Part shown: positions 45,821 to 54,638 of the stretch, one piece after another
Layout: every line of letters starts with the position of its first letter
Position numbering within the stretch: the stretch's first letter is position 1
Source: Lysobacteraceae bacterium
GTDB lineage: Bacteria > Pseudomonadota > Gammaproteobacteria > Xanthomonadales > Rhodanobacteraceae
Length of the DNA stretch: 54,638 nucleotides
Assembly: GCA_018969845.1 (NCBI GenBank)
Contig: JAGWXP010000001.1
Location: 1-54,638, forward strand
Direction of reading: 5' to 3'
Notes under the pieces: generated by a model
The model's input: the letters and a program-made list of their open reading frames with translations, nothing else
Told to the model about the DNA's origin: nothing
Databases searched by the model: none
Made by a program: the position numbers and the translations under genes

Positions 45821-46419
45821 GGATTCGGCATCACTTGGTTTTCGATGCGCCGATCCGGGACGATCCAGATGATCGCCACGACCGCATACAGCGCACACGC
45901 CGCGATGGGCGCGGAAAACGCAAACGCAATGGCGACAAGGTAAACGATCGGCGAGATCATTTCTTTCCAGTTGCTGGCAAGCGCGCGGGCCAGCGCGCCG
46001 TCAGCACCGCCGTTGCAGCGAATCAGGCCGCGCACCAGCGGAATCCACGCCAATGCCGTCATCAGCAACACGGCGCCATACACAAGCGTCGGCAGCGGCG
46101 CGGGAAATTCGCCGTGCATGCCGTGCGATTCGTTCAGCCACGCTGTCGTGAACGGGAACAGCGATAGCCAGAACAGCACATGCAAGTTCGCCCACATCAC
46201 CTTGCCATTCACGTGCTCGACGAAGTGCAGCAGATGATGGTGATTGTTCCAGTAGATGCCGACGTAGACAAAGCTGAGCACATAGCTTGCGAACACCGGC
46301 CAGTTGCCGAGCAGCGCCGGCCACGTCGCTTCGTGCGGCGGTTTCAATTCCAGCACCATGATCGTGATGATCACGGCCATTACGCCGTCGGTGAAGGCTT
46401 CGAGTCTACTTTTTTCCAT
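45817..46419 (-). CDS. TMEM175-family (DUF1211) potassium channel
   Basis: [50 protein letters not shown]; about six hydrophobic helices; 200 aa. Confidence 0.9.
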   Translation of the reverse strand: MEKSRLEAFTDGVMAVIITIMVLELKPPHEATWPALLGNWPVFASYVLSFVYVGIYWNNHHHLLHFVEHVNGKVMWANLHVLFWLSLFPFTTAWLNESHGMHGEFPAPLPTLVYGAVLLMTALAWIPLVRGLIRCNGGADGALARALASNWKEMISPIVYLVAIAFAFSAPIAACALYAVVAIIWIVPDRRIENQVMPNP

Positions 46420-46437
46420 GTCCCCGCTCTCACTCAC

Positions 46438-46470
46438 AAAATAGAATCGGGGCCGCAACGCCCCGATTCT
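46438..46470 (-). terminator. Terminator/attenuator hairpin downstream of dnaK
   Basis: 11-bp stem agaatcggggc/gccccgattct followed by ATTTT on the minus strand. Confidence 0.7.
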
Positions 46471-46476
46471 TTGCTC

Positions 46477-46561
46477 GTCATTCCGGCAGGGACTGCCGGA
46501 ATCCAGTGGCCAAGGATGGCATCCTTGCAGTCTGGATGCCGGCAGTCCCTGCCGGCATGAC
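46477..46561. repeat. Palindromic repeat family B (REP doublet, GTCATTCC...GGAATCCAG type), copy 1
   Basis: 30-nt inverted arms at 46477-46506 and 46532-46561 with two mismatches. Each arm is itself a hairpin, and there is a central hairpin. Confidence 0.85.
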
Positions 46562-46571
46562 GTGGCATTTT

Positions 46572-48485
46572 TTACTTCTTGTCGTCTTTCACTTCCGTGA
46601 ACTCCGCATCCACTACATCGTCTTTCGGCGCAGAGCCGGCTTCGGCATGCGCGCCCGCATCGCCGCCCGCGTTACCGGCGGACGCCGCGGCGGCCAGCGA
46701 TTGCGCAGCCTGCTCCAGCGCCGTGCACTTGGCTTCGATCGCGTCCTTGTCGTCGCCCTTCATGACCTTTTCCAGATCCGACAACGCCGCCTCGATCGCG
46801 CCAATCTGGCCCGGCACCTTGCCGCCGTGTTCCTTGATTGCCGCACGCGTGGCGTGGACGAGTTGGTCGGCCTTGTTGCGCGCGCCGACGAGTTCATGGA
46901 ACCGCTTGTCATCTTCCTTGTTTGCCTCGGCGTCGCGCACCATGCGCTGGATCTCGTCCTCGTTCAGACCCGACCCCGCCTTGATCTCGATGCGCTGCTC
47001 CTTGCCGGTCTTCTTGTCCTTGGCCGACACGTGCAGGATGCCGTTGGCGTCGATGTCGAAGGTGACCTCGACCTGCGGCATGCCGCGCGGCGCCGGTTCG
47101 ATGCCGGCGAGGTCGAACTTGGCCAACGACTTGTTCGCGCTGGCGCGCTCGCGCTCGCCCTGCAGCACATGCACGGTGACCGCACCCTGGTTGTCCTCGG
47201 CTGTGGAAAACACCTGCGTGTTCTTGGTCGGGATCGTAGTGTTCTTCTCGATCAGCTTGGTCATCACGCCGCCAAGCGTTTCGATGCCGAGCGACAGCGG
47301 GGTCACGTCAAGCAGCAGCACGTCCTTGACCGTTCCGCCGAGCACCCCGCCCTGGATCGCCGCGCCGACGGCGACGGCTTCGTCCGGGTTCACGTCCTTG
47401 CGCGGTTCCTTGCCGAAGAAATCCTTCACCGCGTCCTGAACTTTCGGCATGCGCGTCTGACCGCCGACGAGGATTACCTCGTTGATATCGGCAACTTTCA
47501 GGCCCGCGTCGTTGAGTGCGGTACGGCATGGCGCAATGGTTTTTTCGATCAGGTCGCCAACCAGCGCCTCGAGCTTGGCACGGGTGAGCTTGATATTCAG
47601 ATGCTTGGGACCGGACGCATCCGCCGTGATGTACGGCAGATTCACTTCGGTCTGATGCGCGCTCGAGAGTTCGATCTTGGCGCGCTCGGCGCCGTCTTTC
47701 AGGCGCTGCAACGCGAGCGAGTCGTTCTTCAGATCGACGCCGGTATCCTTCTTGAATTCTTCGACCAGAAAATCGATCAGGCGCTTGTCGAAATCCTCGC
47801 CGCCGAGGAACGTGTCGCCATTCGTCGCCAGCACTTCGAACTGTTTCTCGCCATCGACTTCGGCGATCTCGATGATCGAGATGTCGAAAGTGCCGCCGCC
47901 CAGGTCGTACACCGCGATCTTGCGGTCGCCGCCCTTCTTGTCGATGCCATAGGCGAGCGCCGCCGCCGTCGGCTCGTTGATGATGCGCTTGACCTCGAGG
48001 CCCGCGATGCGACCGGCATCCTTGGTCGCCTGCCGCTGGCTGTCGTTGAAGTAGGCCGGCACGGTGATGACGGCCTCGGTGACCGGCTCGCCGAGAAAAT
48101 CCTCGGCGGTCTTCTTCATCTTCATCAGCACCTTGGCCGAAACTTCCGGCGGTGCCATCTGCTTGCCGTCGGCAGTCGCCACCCAGGCATCACCATTGTC
48201 GTGGGCCAAAATCTTGTAGGGCACAAGATCCAGATCCTTCTTGACCTCGGCGTCGGTGAACTTGCGGCCGATCAGGCGCTTCACCGCGTAGAACGTGTTC
48301 TTCGGATTGGTCACGGCCTGGCGCTTGGCGGTGGCACCGACCAGCACCTCGCTGTCCTTGAACGCGACGATGGATGGCGTGGTGCGGTCGCCTTCGGAAT
48401 TCTCGATCACGCGCGCGGTCGTGCCCTCCATTACCGCGACGCAGGAATTGGTGGTACCCAAGTCGATACCGATGATCTTGCCCAT
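46572..48485 (-). CDS. dnaK: Chaperone DnaK
   Basis: [26 protein letters not shown]-terminal DAEFTEV. Confidence 0.99.
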   Translation of the reverse strand: MGKIIGIDLGTTNSCVAVMEGTTARVIENSEGDRTTPSIVAFKDSEVLVGATAKRQAVTNPKNTFYAVKRLIGRKFTDAEVKKDLDLVPYKILAHDNGDAWVATADGKQMAPPEVSAKVLMKMKKTAEDFLGEPVTEAVITVPAYFNDSQRQATKDAGRIAGLEVKRIINEPTAAALAYGIDKKGGDRKIAVYDLGGGTFDISIIEIAEVDGEKQFEVLATNGDTFLGGEDFDKRLIDFLVEEFKKDTGVDLKNDSLALQRLKDGAERAKIELSSAHQTEVNLPYITADASGPKHLNIKLTRAKLEALVGDLIEKTIAPCRTALNDAGLKVADINEVILVGGQTRMPKVQDAVKDFFGKEPRKDVNPDEAVAVGAAIQGGVLGGTVKDVLLLDVTPLSLGIETLGGVMTKLIEKNTTIPTKNTQVFSTAEDNQGAVTVHVLQGERERASANKSLAKFDLAGIEPAPRGMPQVEVTFDIDANGILHVSAKDKKTGKEQRIEIKAGSGLNEDEIQRMVRDAEANKEDDKRFHELVGARNKADQLVHATRAAIKEHGGKVPGQIGAIEAALSDLEKVMKGDDKDAIEAKCTALEQAAQSLAAAASAGNAGGDAGAHAEAGSAPKDDVVDAEFTEVKDDKK

Positions 48486-48533
48486 GTCAGATTCTCCGAA
48501 AATTCTATGCGGCCGCGGCCGCGAATGCCTCGA

Positions 48534-48561
48534 AACTGGGGCCGACGCGACTCAATTCAAG
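48534..48561 (-). promoter_or_regulatory. sigma32-type promoter of dnaK
   Basis: CTTGAA-14 nt-CCCCAGTT on the minus strand. Confidence 0.7.
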
Positions 48562-48609
48562 CGCGGCGTACCACAAAGTCAATTTCTGCACTCTTCCGTT
48601 GAGCTTTGT

Positions 48610-49119
48610 TCAGTCCCTGGCGACCATCACCAGGGCCGGCCGCAGCAAGCGCTCGTTGAGCACATAACCCTTCTGCATCACGGACACCACCGTGTTGGCC
48701 GCTGCTTGCGGCGCGTCGACCATGCTCACGGCCTGATGCAGTTCCGGATCGAACGGCTGACCGAGCGGATCGATCTGTTTCAGGCCGTTGTTTTCGGCCA
48801 CCTTGAGCAGGGCCTTGAGCGTGAGATCCATGCCTGCGCGCAGCGCCTTGACGTCGGCGGTTTCAACCGTCAGACCGCGCTCCAGCCCATCGCAAACCGG
48901 CAACAAGTCACCGAGCAGGCGCTCGTTGGCGAACCTGCGCGCTTGTTCAAGATCGCGTTGCAGGCGCTTGCGCTGGTTTTCGATTTCCGCGCGCTCGCGC
49001 AGCAGCAAATCGCGCATCTCGCCGAGCTTGGTTTCGTATTCGTTGACCAGCTTGCCGAGTTCGTCGGCTTCTGGTTGTGCATCGGGTGCACTGGATGCGG
49101 CCGGGTTCGTGTCTTCCAT
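48610..49119 (-). CDS. grpE: Nucleotide exchange factor GrpE
   Basis: AEIENQRKR, FDPELHQA, QKGY.LNERLLRPALV. Confidence 0.96.
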   Translation of the reverse strand: MEDTNPAASSAPDAQPEADELGKLVNEYETKLGEMRDLLLRERAEIENQRKRLQRDLEQARRFANERLLGDLLPVCDGLERGLTVETADVKALRAGMDLTLKALLKVAENNGLKQIDPLGQPFDPELHQAVSMVDAPQAAANTVVSVMQKGYVLNERLLRPALVMVARD

Positions 49120-49144
49120 TTAGCGGTTCCCAAAAAATGCAGTC

Positions 49145-49228
49145 GTCATTCCGGCCATGGATTGGCCGGAATCCAGGTGGCCCGATGCCACCGGCAATGC
49201 GCTGATTTCCCGCTTTCGCGGGAATGCC
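49145..49228. repeat. Palindromic repeat family B, copy 2
   Basis: gtcattccggccatggattggccggaatccag (49145-49176) and ctgatttcccgctttcgcgggaatgcc (49202-49228), with central hairpin ggtggc-ccgat-gccacc. Confidence 0.8.
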
Positions 49229-49236
49229 GGACAACC

Positions 49237-50292
49237 TTATGTGGCTGCTCTGGCCTGATTCAAGGCACCCGACAACAGTTGCGCGGTTGTTTGTACAACC
49301 GGAATCACGCGCTGGTAAGCCATGCGCGTCGGCCCGATCACTCCGAGCACACCGAGCACGCGGCCCGCGATACCGTAGGGCGCGGTGACCAGGCTCAGTC
49401 CGTCGAGCGCAGCAAAACCGGATTCCTCGCCGATGAACAGACGCACGCCCTCGGCACGCGCGCAGCCTTCCAGCAGATTGAGCAAATCGCGCTTGCGCTG
49501 AAACGCCTCGAACAGTTCGCGCAGACGATCCACGTCGGGAAGGCCCTGTGCGCCCATCAGGTTGACCTGCCCTGCCACCAGCATGTCGGCGCCGGGCTGA
49601 TCGGGAAACGCCTGCTGGGTAACGTCGGTAGCCGCGACCATGAGCTGGTGCAGGCGATGGCTGGTCTCGCGCATCTCGCGCGCCAGACGCTCGCGGATCT
49701 CGCTCATGCGCAGGCCGGCATAGCCGGCGTTGAGAAAATTCGCCACTTGCTCGAGTTCGGCCGCAGAATACGCGCGCTGCGTGGTGACAACACGGTTCTG
49801 CACCTCGTTGTCGGAGAATACGAGGATCACCAGCACGCGGTTGCCGCCGAGAGCGACGAAATCGATGTGCCGGAACGGGAATTCCTCGCGCTTGGGCACA
49901 GTGACCACGCCGACGAAACGCGTCACATCCGACAGCAGCGACGAGGCGCCGCTGAGCAAGTCCTGGGTAGCGCCCGCGGTCGGCAGCTCGCGGCGCATTT
50001 GCTCGATCTGCGGTTCGTCCAGGGGTTTCAATTCGAGCAGGCTGTCGACGAACACACGATAACCCTGCGCCGTTGGTACGCGCCCGGCCGAGGTATGCGG
50101 CGCGGCCAGCAAGCCGAGTTCTTCCAGATCCGCCATCACGTTGCGGATTGTGGCGGGACTGACGTCCAGCCCCGCACTGCGCGCAAGCGTGCGCGAACCC
50201 ACCGGCTGACCGTCGGCGATGTACTGGCCGATCAGTGCGCGCAACAGTTGCCGCGCGCGCGCATCGAGTTTGTGGTGGAGGGCGAAAGGCAT
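49237..50292 (-). CDS. hrcA: Heat-inducible repressor HrcA
   Basis: PVGSRTL, SPATIRNVMADLE, PHTSAGRVPT..GYR, GVIGPTRMAY. Confidence 0.96.
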   Translation of the reverse strand: MPFALHHKLDARARQLLRALIGQYIADGQPVGSRTLARSAGLDVSPATIRNVMADLEELGLLAAPHTSAGRVPTAQGYRVFVDSLLELKPLDEPQIEQMRRELPTAGATQDLLSGASSLLSDVTRFVGVVTVPKREEFPFRHIDFVALGGNRVLVILVFSDNEVQNRVVTTQRAYSAAELEQVANFLNAGYAGLRMSEIRERLAREMRETSHRLHQLMVAATDVTQQAFPDQPGADMLVAGQVNLMGAQGLPDVDRLRELFEAFQRKRDLLNLLEGCARAEGVRLFIGEESGFAALDGLSLVTAPYGIAGRVLGVLGVIGPTRMAYQRVIPVVQTTAQLLSGALNQARAAT

Positions 50293-50319
50293 TTCCGCTG
50301 GCCGCCGAGGTATCGGTGA

Positions 50320-50346
50320 GTTTGGGGCAATTCCGATTTTATTCAA
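50320..50346 (-). promoter_or_regulatory. sigma32-type promoter of hrcA
   Basis: TTGAA-14 nt-CCCCAAAC on the minus strand, same layout as the dnaK promoter. Confidence 0.55.
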
Positions 50347-50600
50347 TAACGCTGGACTTGGCGCGGCAAAATCCTTACGCTTGCGTCCTGACACGGGGCA
50401 ACCCGGCATCGGCAAGTCCCGACGCCCGCATCACGGCTCCGCCGCAAGACTTTTCGGATACCGCCCACGCTCGCTCCCCCGGCGCGTGCGGATGGCGGCA
50501 GGCGCGTTGCTGGTCGAGACGGTTCGCGTCATCGCCAACGCCGCCAGATTCACGAGATTCCAAAACGAACTTCACAAACGCTTCGTGAGAAGCGCGCTGC

Positions 50601-51467
50601 ATGACAACTTCGCCTATGAACACGCAGGCCGCCAGTCCGGAATTACCGGAAGGCGCAGCCATCTTCGCCGCCCAGCCACAGCAGCAGGAAATGCCGCTGG
50701 CGATCGTGCGCGGCCAGCCGGTGCTGCAGATGCCGCAGGATCTGTATATCCCGCCGGACGCGCTCGAGGTCATCCTCGAGGCCTTCGAAGGGCCGCTGGA
50801 TCTGCTGCTGTATCTGATCCGGCGCCAGAACCTCGACATCCTCGACATTCCGATCGCCGAGATTACCCGCCAGTATGTCGATTACATCGAATTGATGCAC
50901 GAGTTGCGCCTGGAACTGGCCGCCGAATACCTGGTAATGGCCGCAATCCTCGCCGAGATCAAGTCGCGCCTGCTGCTGCCGCGCCCGCCCGCCGAAGAAG
51001 GCCTTGAGGACGACCCGCGTGCGGAACTCGTGCGCCGCCTACAGGAGTACGAGCGTTTCAAGAAAGCGGCCGAGGACATTGATGCGCTGCCGCATCAGGA
51101 ACGTGATTTCGCGCTGGTTTCGGTCTTCGTGCCCGACAAGGCGGTGGTGCGTCTGCCGCCACCGGTGGATCTGCGTGAGCTGCTGCTCGCGCTCAAGGAC
51201 GTGCTCAAACGCGCCGAACTCATGGGCCACCATGCGATCCAGCGCGAGGCCCTGTCGGTGCGCAACCGCATGAGCGATGTGCTCAAGGCCATCGGCGACG
51301 GCGAGTTTCATCCGTTCGAGCGCCTTTTCAATGTCGAGGAAGGACGCCTGGGCATCGTGGTGACCTTTCTCGCCATTCTCGAACTGGCCAAGGAACTGCT
51401 CGTTGAAATCACCCAAACCGAGCCGCTCGCACCGATCTATCTCAAATCGCTGGCAATCGCCGGTTGA
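50601..51467 (+). CDS. scpA: Segregation/condensation protein A (kleisin)
   Basis: FEGPLDLLLYLI, AAEYLVMAA, IKSRLLLP, VTFLAILEL. Start may be 50616. Confidence 0.95.
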   Translation: MTTSPMNTQAASPELPEGAAIFAAQPQQQEMPLAIVRGQPVLQMPQDLYIPPDALEVILEAFEGPLDLLLYLIRRQNLDILDIPIAEITRQYVDYIELMHELRLELAAEYLVMAAILAEIKSRLLLPRPPAEEGLEDDPRAELVRRLQEYERFKKAAEDIDALPHQERDFALVSVFVPDKAVVRLPPPVDLRELLLALKDVLKRAELMGHHAIQREALSVRNRMSDVLKAIGDGEFHPFERLFNVEEGRLGIVVTFLAILELAKELLVEITQTEPLAPIYLKSLAIAG

Positions 51468-51485
51468 ATCGTGAAACCCATCATC

Positions 51486-52157
51486 ATGGAAATCCGACAA
51501 ATCAAACGCATCGTCGAAGCCGCCTTGCTCGCCGCGGCGCAGCCGTTATCGCCGGCGCAATTGTCCGCGCTGTTCGGCGAAAACGAAGCCGTCAGTCACG
51601 AAGAGTTGGCGCGCGCGCTGGAAGAGCTCGGCGCCGATTGCGCCGAGCGCGGCATCGAACTGAAGGAAGTTGCATCCGGATTCCGCTATCAGGTGCGCCA
51701 GGACGTACACCCCTGGGTCGCGCGCCTGTGGACCGAGCGCCAGACCCGATATTCGCGCGCCCTGCTCGAAACCCTGGCCCTGATTGCTTATCGCCAGCCG
51801 ATTACACGCGGCGAGATCGAGCAGATCCGCGGCGTGGCGGTATCGACCAACATCGTCAAGACGCTGGAAGAGCGCGAGTGGGTGCGTGTGGTCGGTTATC
51901 GCGACGTCCCGGGCAGGCCCGCGCTGTTCGGCACGACGAAGAATTTTCTGGATTACTTCAATCTCAAATCACTCGATGAGCTTCCGCCGATGGCCGAGAT
52001 CCGCGAAATCGAGGATTTCGACCCGCAATTGACCCTCGCCCCGGTCGCCCCAGCAGAGGCGGCGGATGAAGCGTTGATCGCACCGGAAACGGAAGCGGCC
52101 AACGAAGAATCCGCAGCCCTTGACTGCGCAGACCCGGCTCCGGAGCAAAATGCATGA
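51486..52157 (+). CDS. scpB: SMC-Scp complex subunit ScpB
   Basis: VEAALLA, LETLALIAYRQPITRGEIEQIRGV, FLDYFNL. Start may be 51471. Confidence 0.95.
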   Translation: MEIRQIKRIVEAALLAAAQPLSPAQLSALFGENEAVSHEELARALEELGADCAERGIELKEVASGFRYQVRQDVHPWVARLWTERQTRYSRALLETLALIAYRQPITRGEIEQIRGVAVSTNIVKTLEEREWVRVVGYRDVPGRPALFGTTKNFLDYFNLKSLDELPPMAEIREIEDFDPQLTLAPVAPAEAADEALIAPETEAANEESAALDCADPAPEQNA

Positions 52158-53551
52158 ACACACCGCGTACCCTGCTCTCCCTCAGACGACCGCACGCCGA
52201 CGGCCCGGTTCTGGAAGAACGCCTGCACAAAGTACTGGCCAACGCGGGCTTGGGCTCACGTCGCCTGCTCGAGGAACGCATTCAAGCGGGCGAAATCCGC
52301 GTCAACGGCACGGTCGCCGAAATCGGCTCGAGCGTGCGCGCCGGCGACCGCGTCGAACTGGATGGCAAGCTCTTCGTCGCGATCAACGACAGCGCCGAGC
52401 ACGCGCAGGTGATCGTGTTCCACAAACCCGATGGCGTGGTCACCACGCGCGACGACCCGGAAGGCCGTCCCACCGTCTTCGAACAGTTGCCGCCACTCAA
52501 GGGCGCGCGCTGGATCGCGGTCGGCCGCCTCGACATCAACACCACCGGACTGCTGCTGCTCACCACCGACGGAGCGCTCGCGCATCGCCTGATGCACCCG
52601 AGCACGCAGATCGAACGCGAATACATCTGTCGCGTCCACGGCGAAGTGCCGGACGAGGCGCTGGAGCAACTCAAGACCGGCGTGCAACTGGAAGACGGCC
52701 CGGCGTGCTTCGAGGAACTGGCCGTGATCAGCCGCGGCCCCAGCCATTCGTGGTTCCGCGTCGTCGTCCGCGAAGGCCGCAACCGCGAAGTACGGCGCAT
52801 GTGGGAAACGCAGGGATTGATGGTCAGCCGGCTCAAGCGCATCCGCTACGGCAACGTCGAATTGCCGCGTGGCCTGCTCAAGGGCCGCAGCGAGGTCCTG
52901 GAATCCGAACAGGTCAAGGCCCTGCGCCAACTGGCCGGCACCGTGGAAGCGGAGCCTGCGCTGACTCTGCAACCGGTGATCGGCCAGCGCCGCGCGCCGA
53001 AAGCGGCACCGAACGAATTCCGCCCGGCGCCGCGCACGCAGCAGGCATGGACCGGTGCGTATCACGACGAAGGCCGCGAACTGCGCGCCTTCGACCGCAT
53101 CCGCGACGACAACGCACCCGCTCGTCCCGGCGGTCAGCGCAAATACGGCAAAAAGAAACCGCGGCGCGGTCCGGGCGGCGCAAATCCGCAAAATCGCGAT
53201 AACCGTGGCGGACGCCGTGGCGCGGGGCGCGGACAAACCCAGATCGGCGTGTACCAACCCGGCACACGCTGGTCGGGCGAGAACGCCGGAGGTGGCGCCG
53301 CCGCGAGCCAGCCGAGGCGCGGCAAGCCGGCGCAATGGCGACCGCCGGTCACCGGCATTCCCGGCGAGCGCGAGGACGACCGCGGCGCGCGCCGCTTCAT
53401 CGCCGGACTGCGCGCAGAAAAGACCCGCTACGTGCCGCGCGGGGAACCGCGTCCGTTGCATCCGGGACAAGGCGTTCCGCGTGACGATATCGGCAACCGC
53501 ATGCCGCCGCGCGATGGGCAAGGCAAGCGTCGCGGCAAACCGCGCCGCTGA
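52154..53551 (+). CDS. rluB: 23S rRNA pseudouridine synthase B with a long basic C-terminal tail
   Basis: S4 domain ERLHKVLA..GLGSRR, catalytic GRLD, EGRNREVRR; follows scpAB. Confidence 0.9.
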   Translation: MNTPRTLLSLRRPHADGPVLEERLHKVLANAGLGSRRLLEERIQAGEIRVNGTVAEIGSSVRAGDRVELDGKLFVAINDSAEHAQVIVFHKPDGVVTTRDDPEGRPTVFEQLPPLKGARWIAVGRLDINTTGLLLLTTDGALAHRLMHPSTQIEREYICRVHGEVPDEALEQLKTGVQLEDGPACFEELAVISRGPSHSWFRVVVREGRNREVRRMWETQGLMVSRLKRIRYGNVELPRGLLKGRSEVLESEQVKALRQLAGTVEAEPALTLQPVIGQRRAPKAAPNEFRPAPRTQQAWTGAYHDEGRELRAFDRIRDDNAPARPGGQRKYGKKKPRRGPGGANPQNRDNRGGRRGAGRGQTQIGVYQPGTRWSGENAGGGAAASQPRRGKPAQWRPPVTGIPGEREDDRGARRFIAGLRAEKTRYVPRGEPRPLHPGQGVPRDDIGNRMPPRDGQGKRRGKPRR

Positions 53552-53557
53552 GACGTC

Positions 53558-53587
53558 AAAAACCGGAAGGCCGCTTGCGCGGCCTTC
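53558..53587 (-). terminator. Terminator hairpin between convergent rluB and the CsgG-like gene
   Basis: gaaggccgc-ttgc-gcggccttc with an A5 run on its left side. Confidence 0.65.
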
Positions 53588-53612
53588 GTCGTTGCTCCAG
53601 CAAAACCAAAAA

Positions 53613-54329
53613 TCAATCCAGCTTGATCGCTTTCTTGTCGCTTTCGCGGCGCTTTTGCTCCTTGGCATTGAAGTCGGCGATACAACTGTCGCGCTTGACC
53701 ATCACGCAATCCAGATAATCGCTGGCCTCGACCAGAGCGGCGCGAATCGCCTTGCCGGCCGGTGTGTTTTCCTCGTGCGCGAGATTGCCGCCGAAACCGC
53801 CGCGGTACAGACCCACGGACACCCCGCCGCCGCTGCTGCGACCCTCGACCGTGCGCGAGTACTCCACATCGCTGGTCTCGGTATTGATCACACGCAGATC
53901 GACGGCCAGATAGGCTTCGGTTTTCTTGCCGCCCAAGCTGATGCCCTTGAAACTGAAGCCGCCACCGGTACTCGCCGTATTTTCCTCGTACGCGGATACC
54001 GTGCCCGTGATCAGATACCGCGCGCCCGTCACCTTGCCGATTTTCGGGCCGGTACCGGGAGCCACACGGCCGGAGGCGGCGAAATTCTGTTCTTCGAGCA
54101 CGTTCTGGATCTTCTGGCGCTCGACCACGTGAAAATCGCCGGTCGAGGACAGTTCGTTGGAAAGCATGCCGGACAGTTCCCAACCGACTCCGCCGCGCCA
54201 CCAGGCCGCGCCGGATTCGTTGCGGAACTCCGCGACCGCAATCGTGGGACGCCCACCGCCCGCCGCCAGCGCACTGCCAGTGGCCAGCGCGCCCATCGCC
54301 ACCATCACACCCAAGGCCAGCTTTTTCAT
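53613..54329 (-). CDS. CsgG/HfaB-family secreted protein
   Basis: Signal peptide, IAVAEF, FHVVERQ...LEEQ, GARYLITGTVSAYE, AVDLRVINTET. Confidence 0.75.
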   Translation of the reverse strand: MKKLALGVMVAMGALATGSALAAGGGRPTIAVAEFRNESGAAWWRGGVGWELSGMLSNELSSTGDFHVVERQKIQNVLEEQNFAASGRVAPGTGPKIGKVTGARYLITGTVSAYEENTASTGGGFSFKGISLGGKKTEAYLAVDLRVINTETSDVEYSRTVEGRSSGGGVSVGLYRGGFGGNLAHEENTPAGKAIRAALVEASDYLDCVMVKRDSCIADFNAKEQKRRESDKKAIKLD

Positions 54330-54579
54330 GTGTCGATACTCCCCGTTCGCAAGATTGACTGAACCGATCGTTTCCCGCGCCAACACTATACCAGCGTAAA
54401 AGCGTGCCGGCAGCACCGTGAAGCCATTGTGACGAATCGAGATTCGATTGCGTGAATACGCAAAAGTTTCGCGTGCGGAAAATATTCCCGGGATTAACCC
54501 GCCTGCAACAACCGGTTAACCGTATGCACATGCGCGGCAGCTATCGTGCTTGAGGATTCGACGAAGAAGGAGCACGAAC

Positions 54580-54638
54580 ATGCGCTGCGAACGCCATCCC
54601 GAAGCCCGCGTCTTCGGTTACCTCATCGAACGCCTGGA
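54580..54638 (+). CDS. Start of an unidentified gene, truncated by the window end
   Basis: SD AAGGAG, then ATG and an open frame MRCERHPEARVFGYLIERL. Confidence 0.4.
   Translation, partial: MRCERHPEARVFGYLIERL

Noticed and set aside
46506-48602. 698-aa ORF antisense to dnaK
   Set aside because: Well-known shadow frame opposite hsp70 genes caused by codon bias; no independent motifs or RBS.
48585-48606. Possible CIRCE element between grpE and dnaK (tgcactc...gag)
   Set aside because: Spacing and right arm do not fit TTAGCACTC-N9-GAGTGCTAA; no CIRCE was seen upstream of hrcA either.

Overview
GC-rich gammaproteobacterial chromosome segment. Gene content and order (hrcA-grpE-dnaK, smc-zipA, scpAB-rluB, short QueF, ispH-fimT-pilVWXY1E) suggest Xanthomonadales, possibly Rhodanobacteraceae; this is inference. 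Most of the window is housekeeping: smc/zipA/queF, recN-fur-bamE-ratAB-smpB, tmRNA, ileS-lspA-ispH, ribF, murJ, rpsT, obgE-rpmA-rplU, uvrA, dapB, the dnaK heat-shock cluster and scpAB-rluB. There is also a lipid-storage module (fatty acyl-CoA reductase, acyl-CoA-binding protein, TetR, phasin). Unusual elements: (1) a TMEM175-family K+ channel gene between dnaK and dnaJ that overlaps the dnaJ start; (2) a ~3.8 kb decaying signalling island between smpB and ssrA, with one intact GAF-GAF histidine kinase and three relics that the ORF track misses or only partly captures; (3) a lower-GC minor-pilin cassette whose PilY1 lacks the usual Asp-rich Ca2+ loop; (4) two families of dispersed palindromic intergenic repeats, one with compensatory base changes between copies 36 kb apart; (5) PsrA-like operators at fatty-acid genes; (6) candidate structured RNAs downstream of rpsT and upstream of scpA. 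No CRISPR array, rRNA, tRNA, integrase or transposase was seen. All family assignments come from motif recognition by eye, not database searches.
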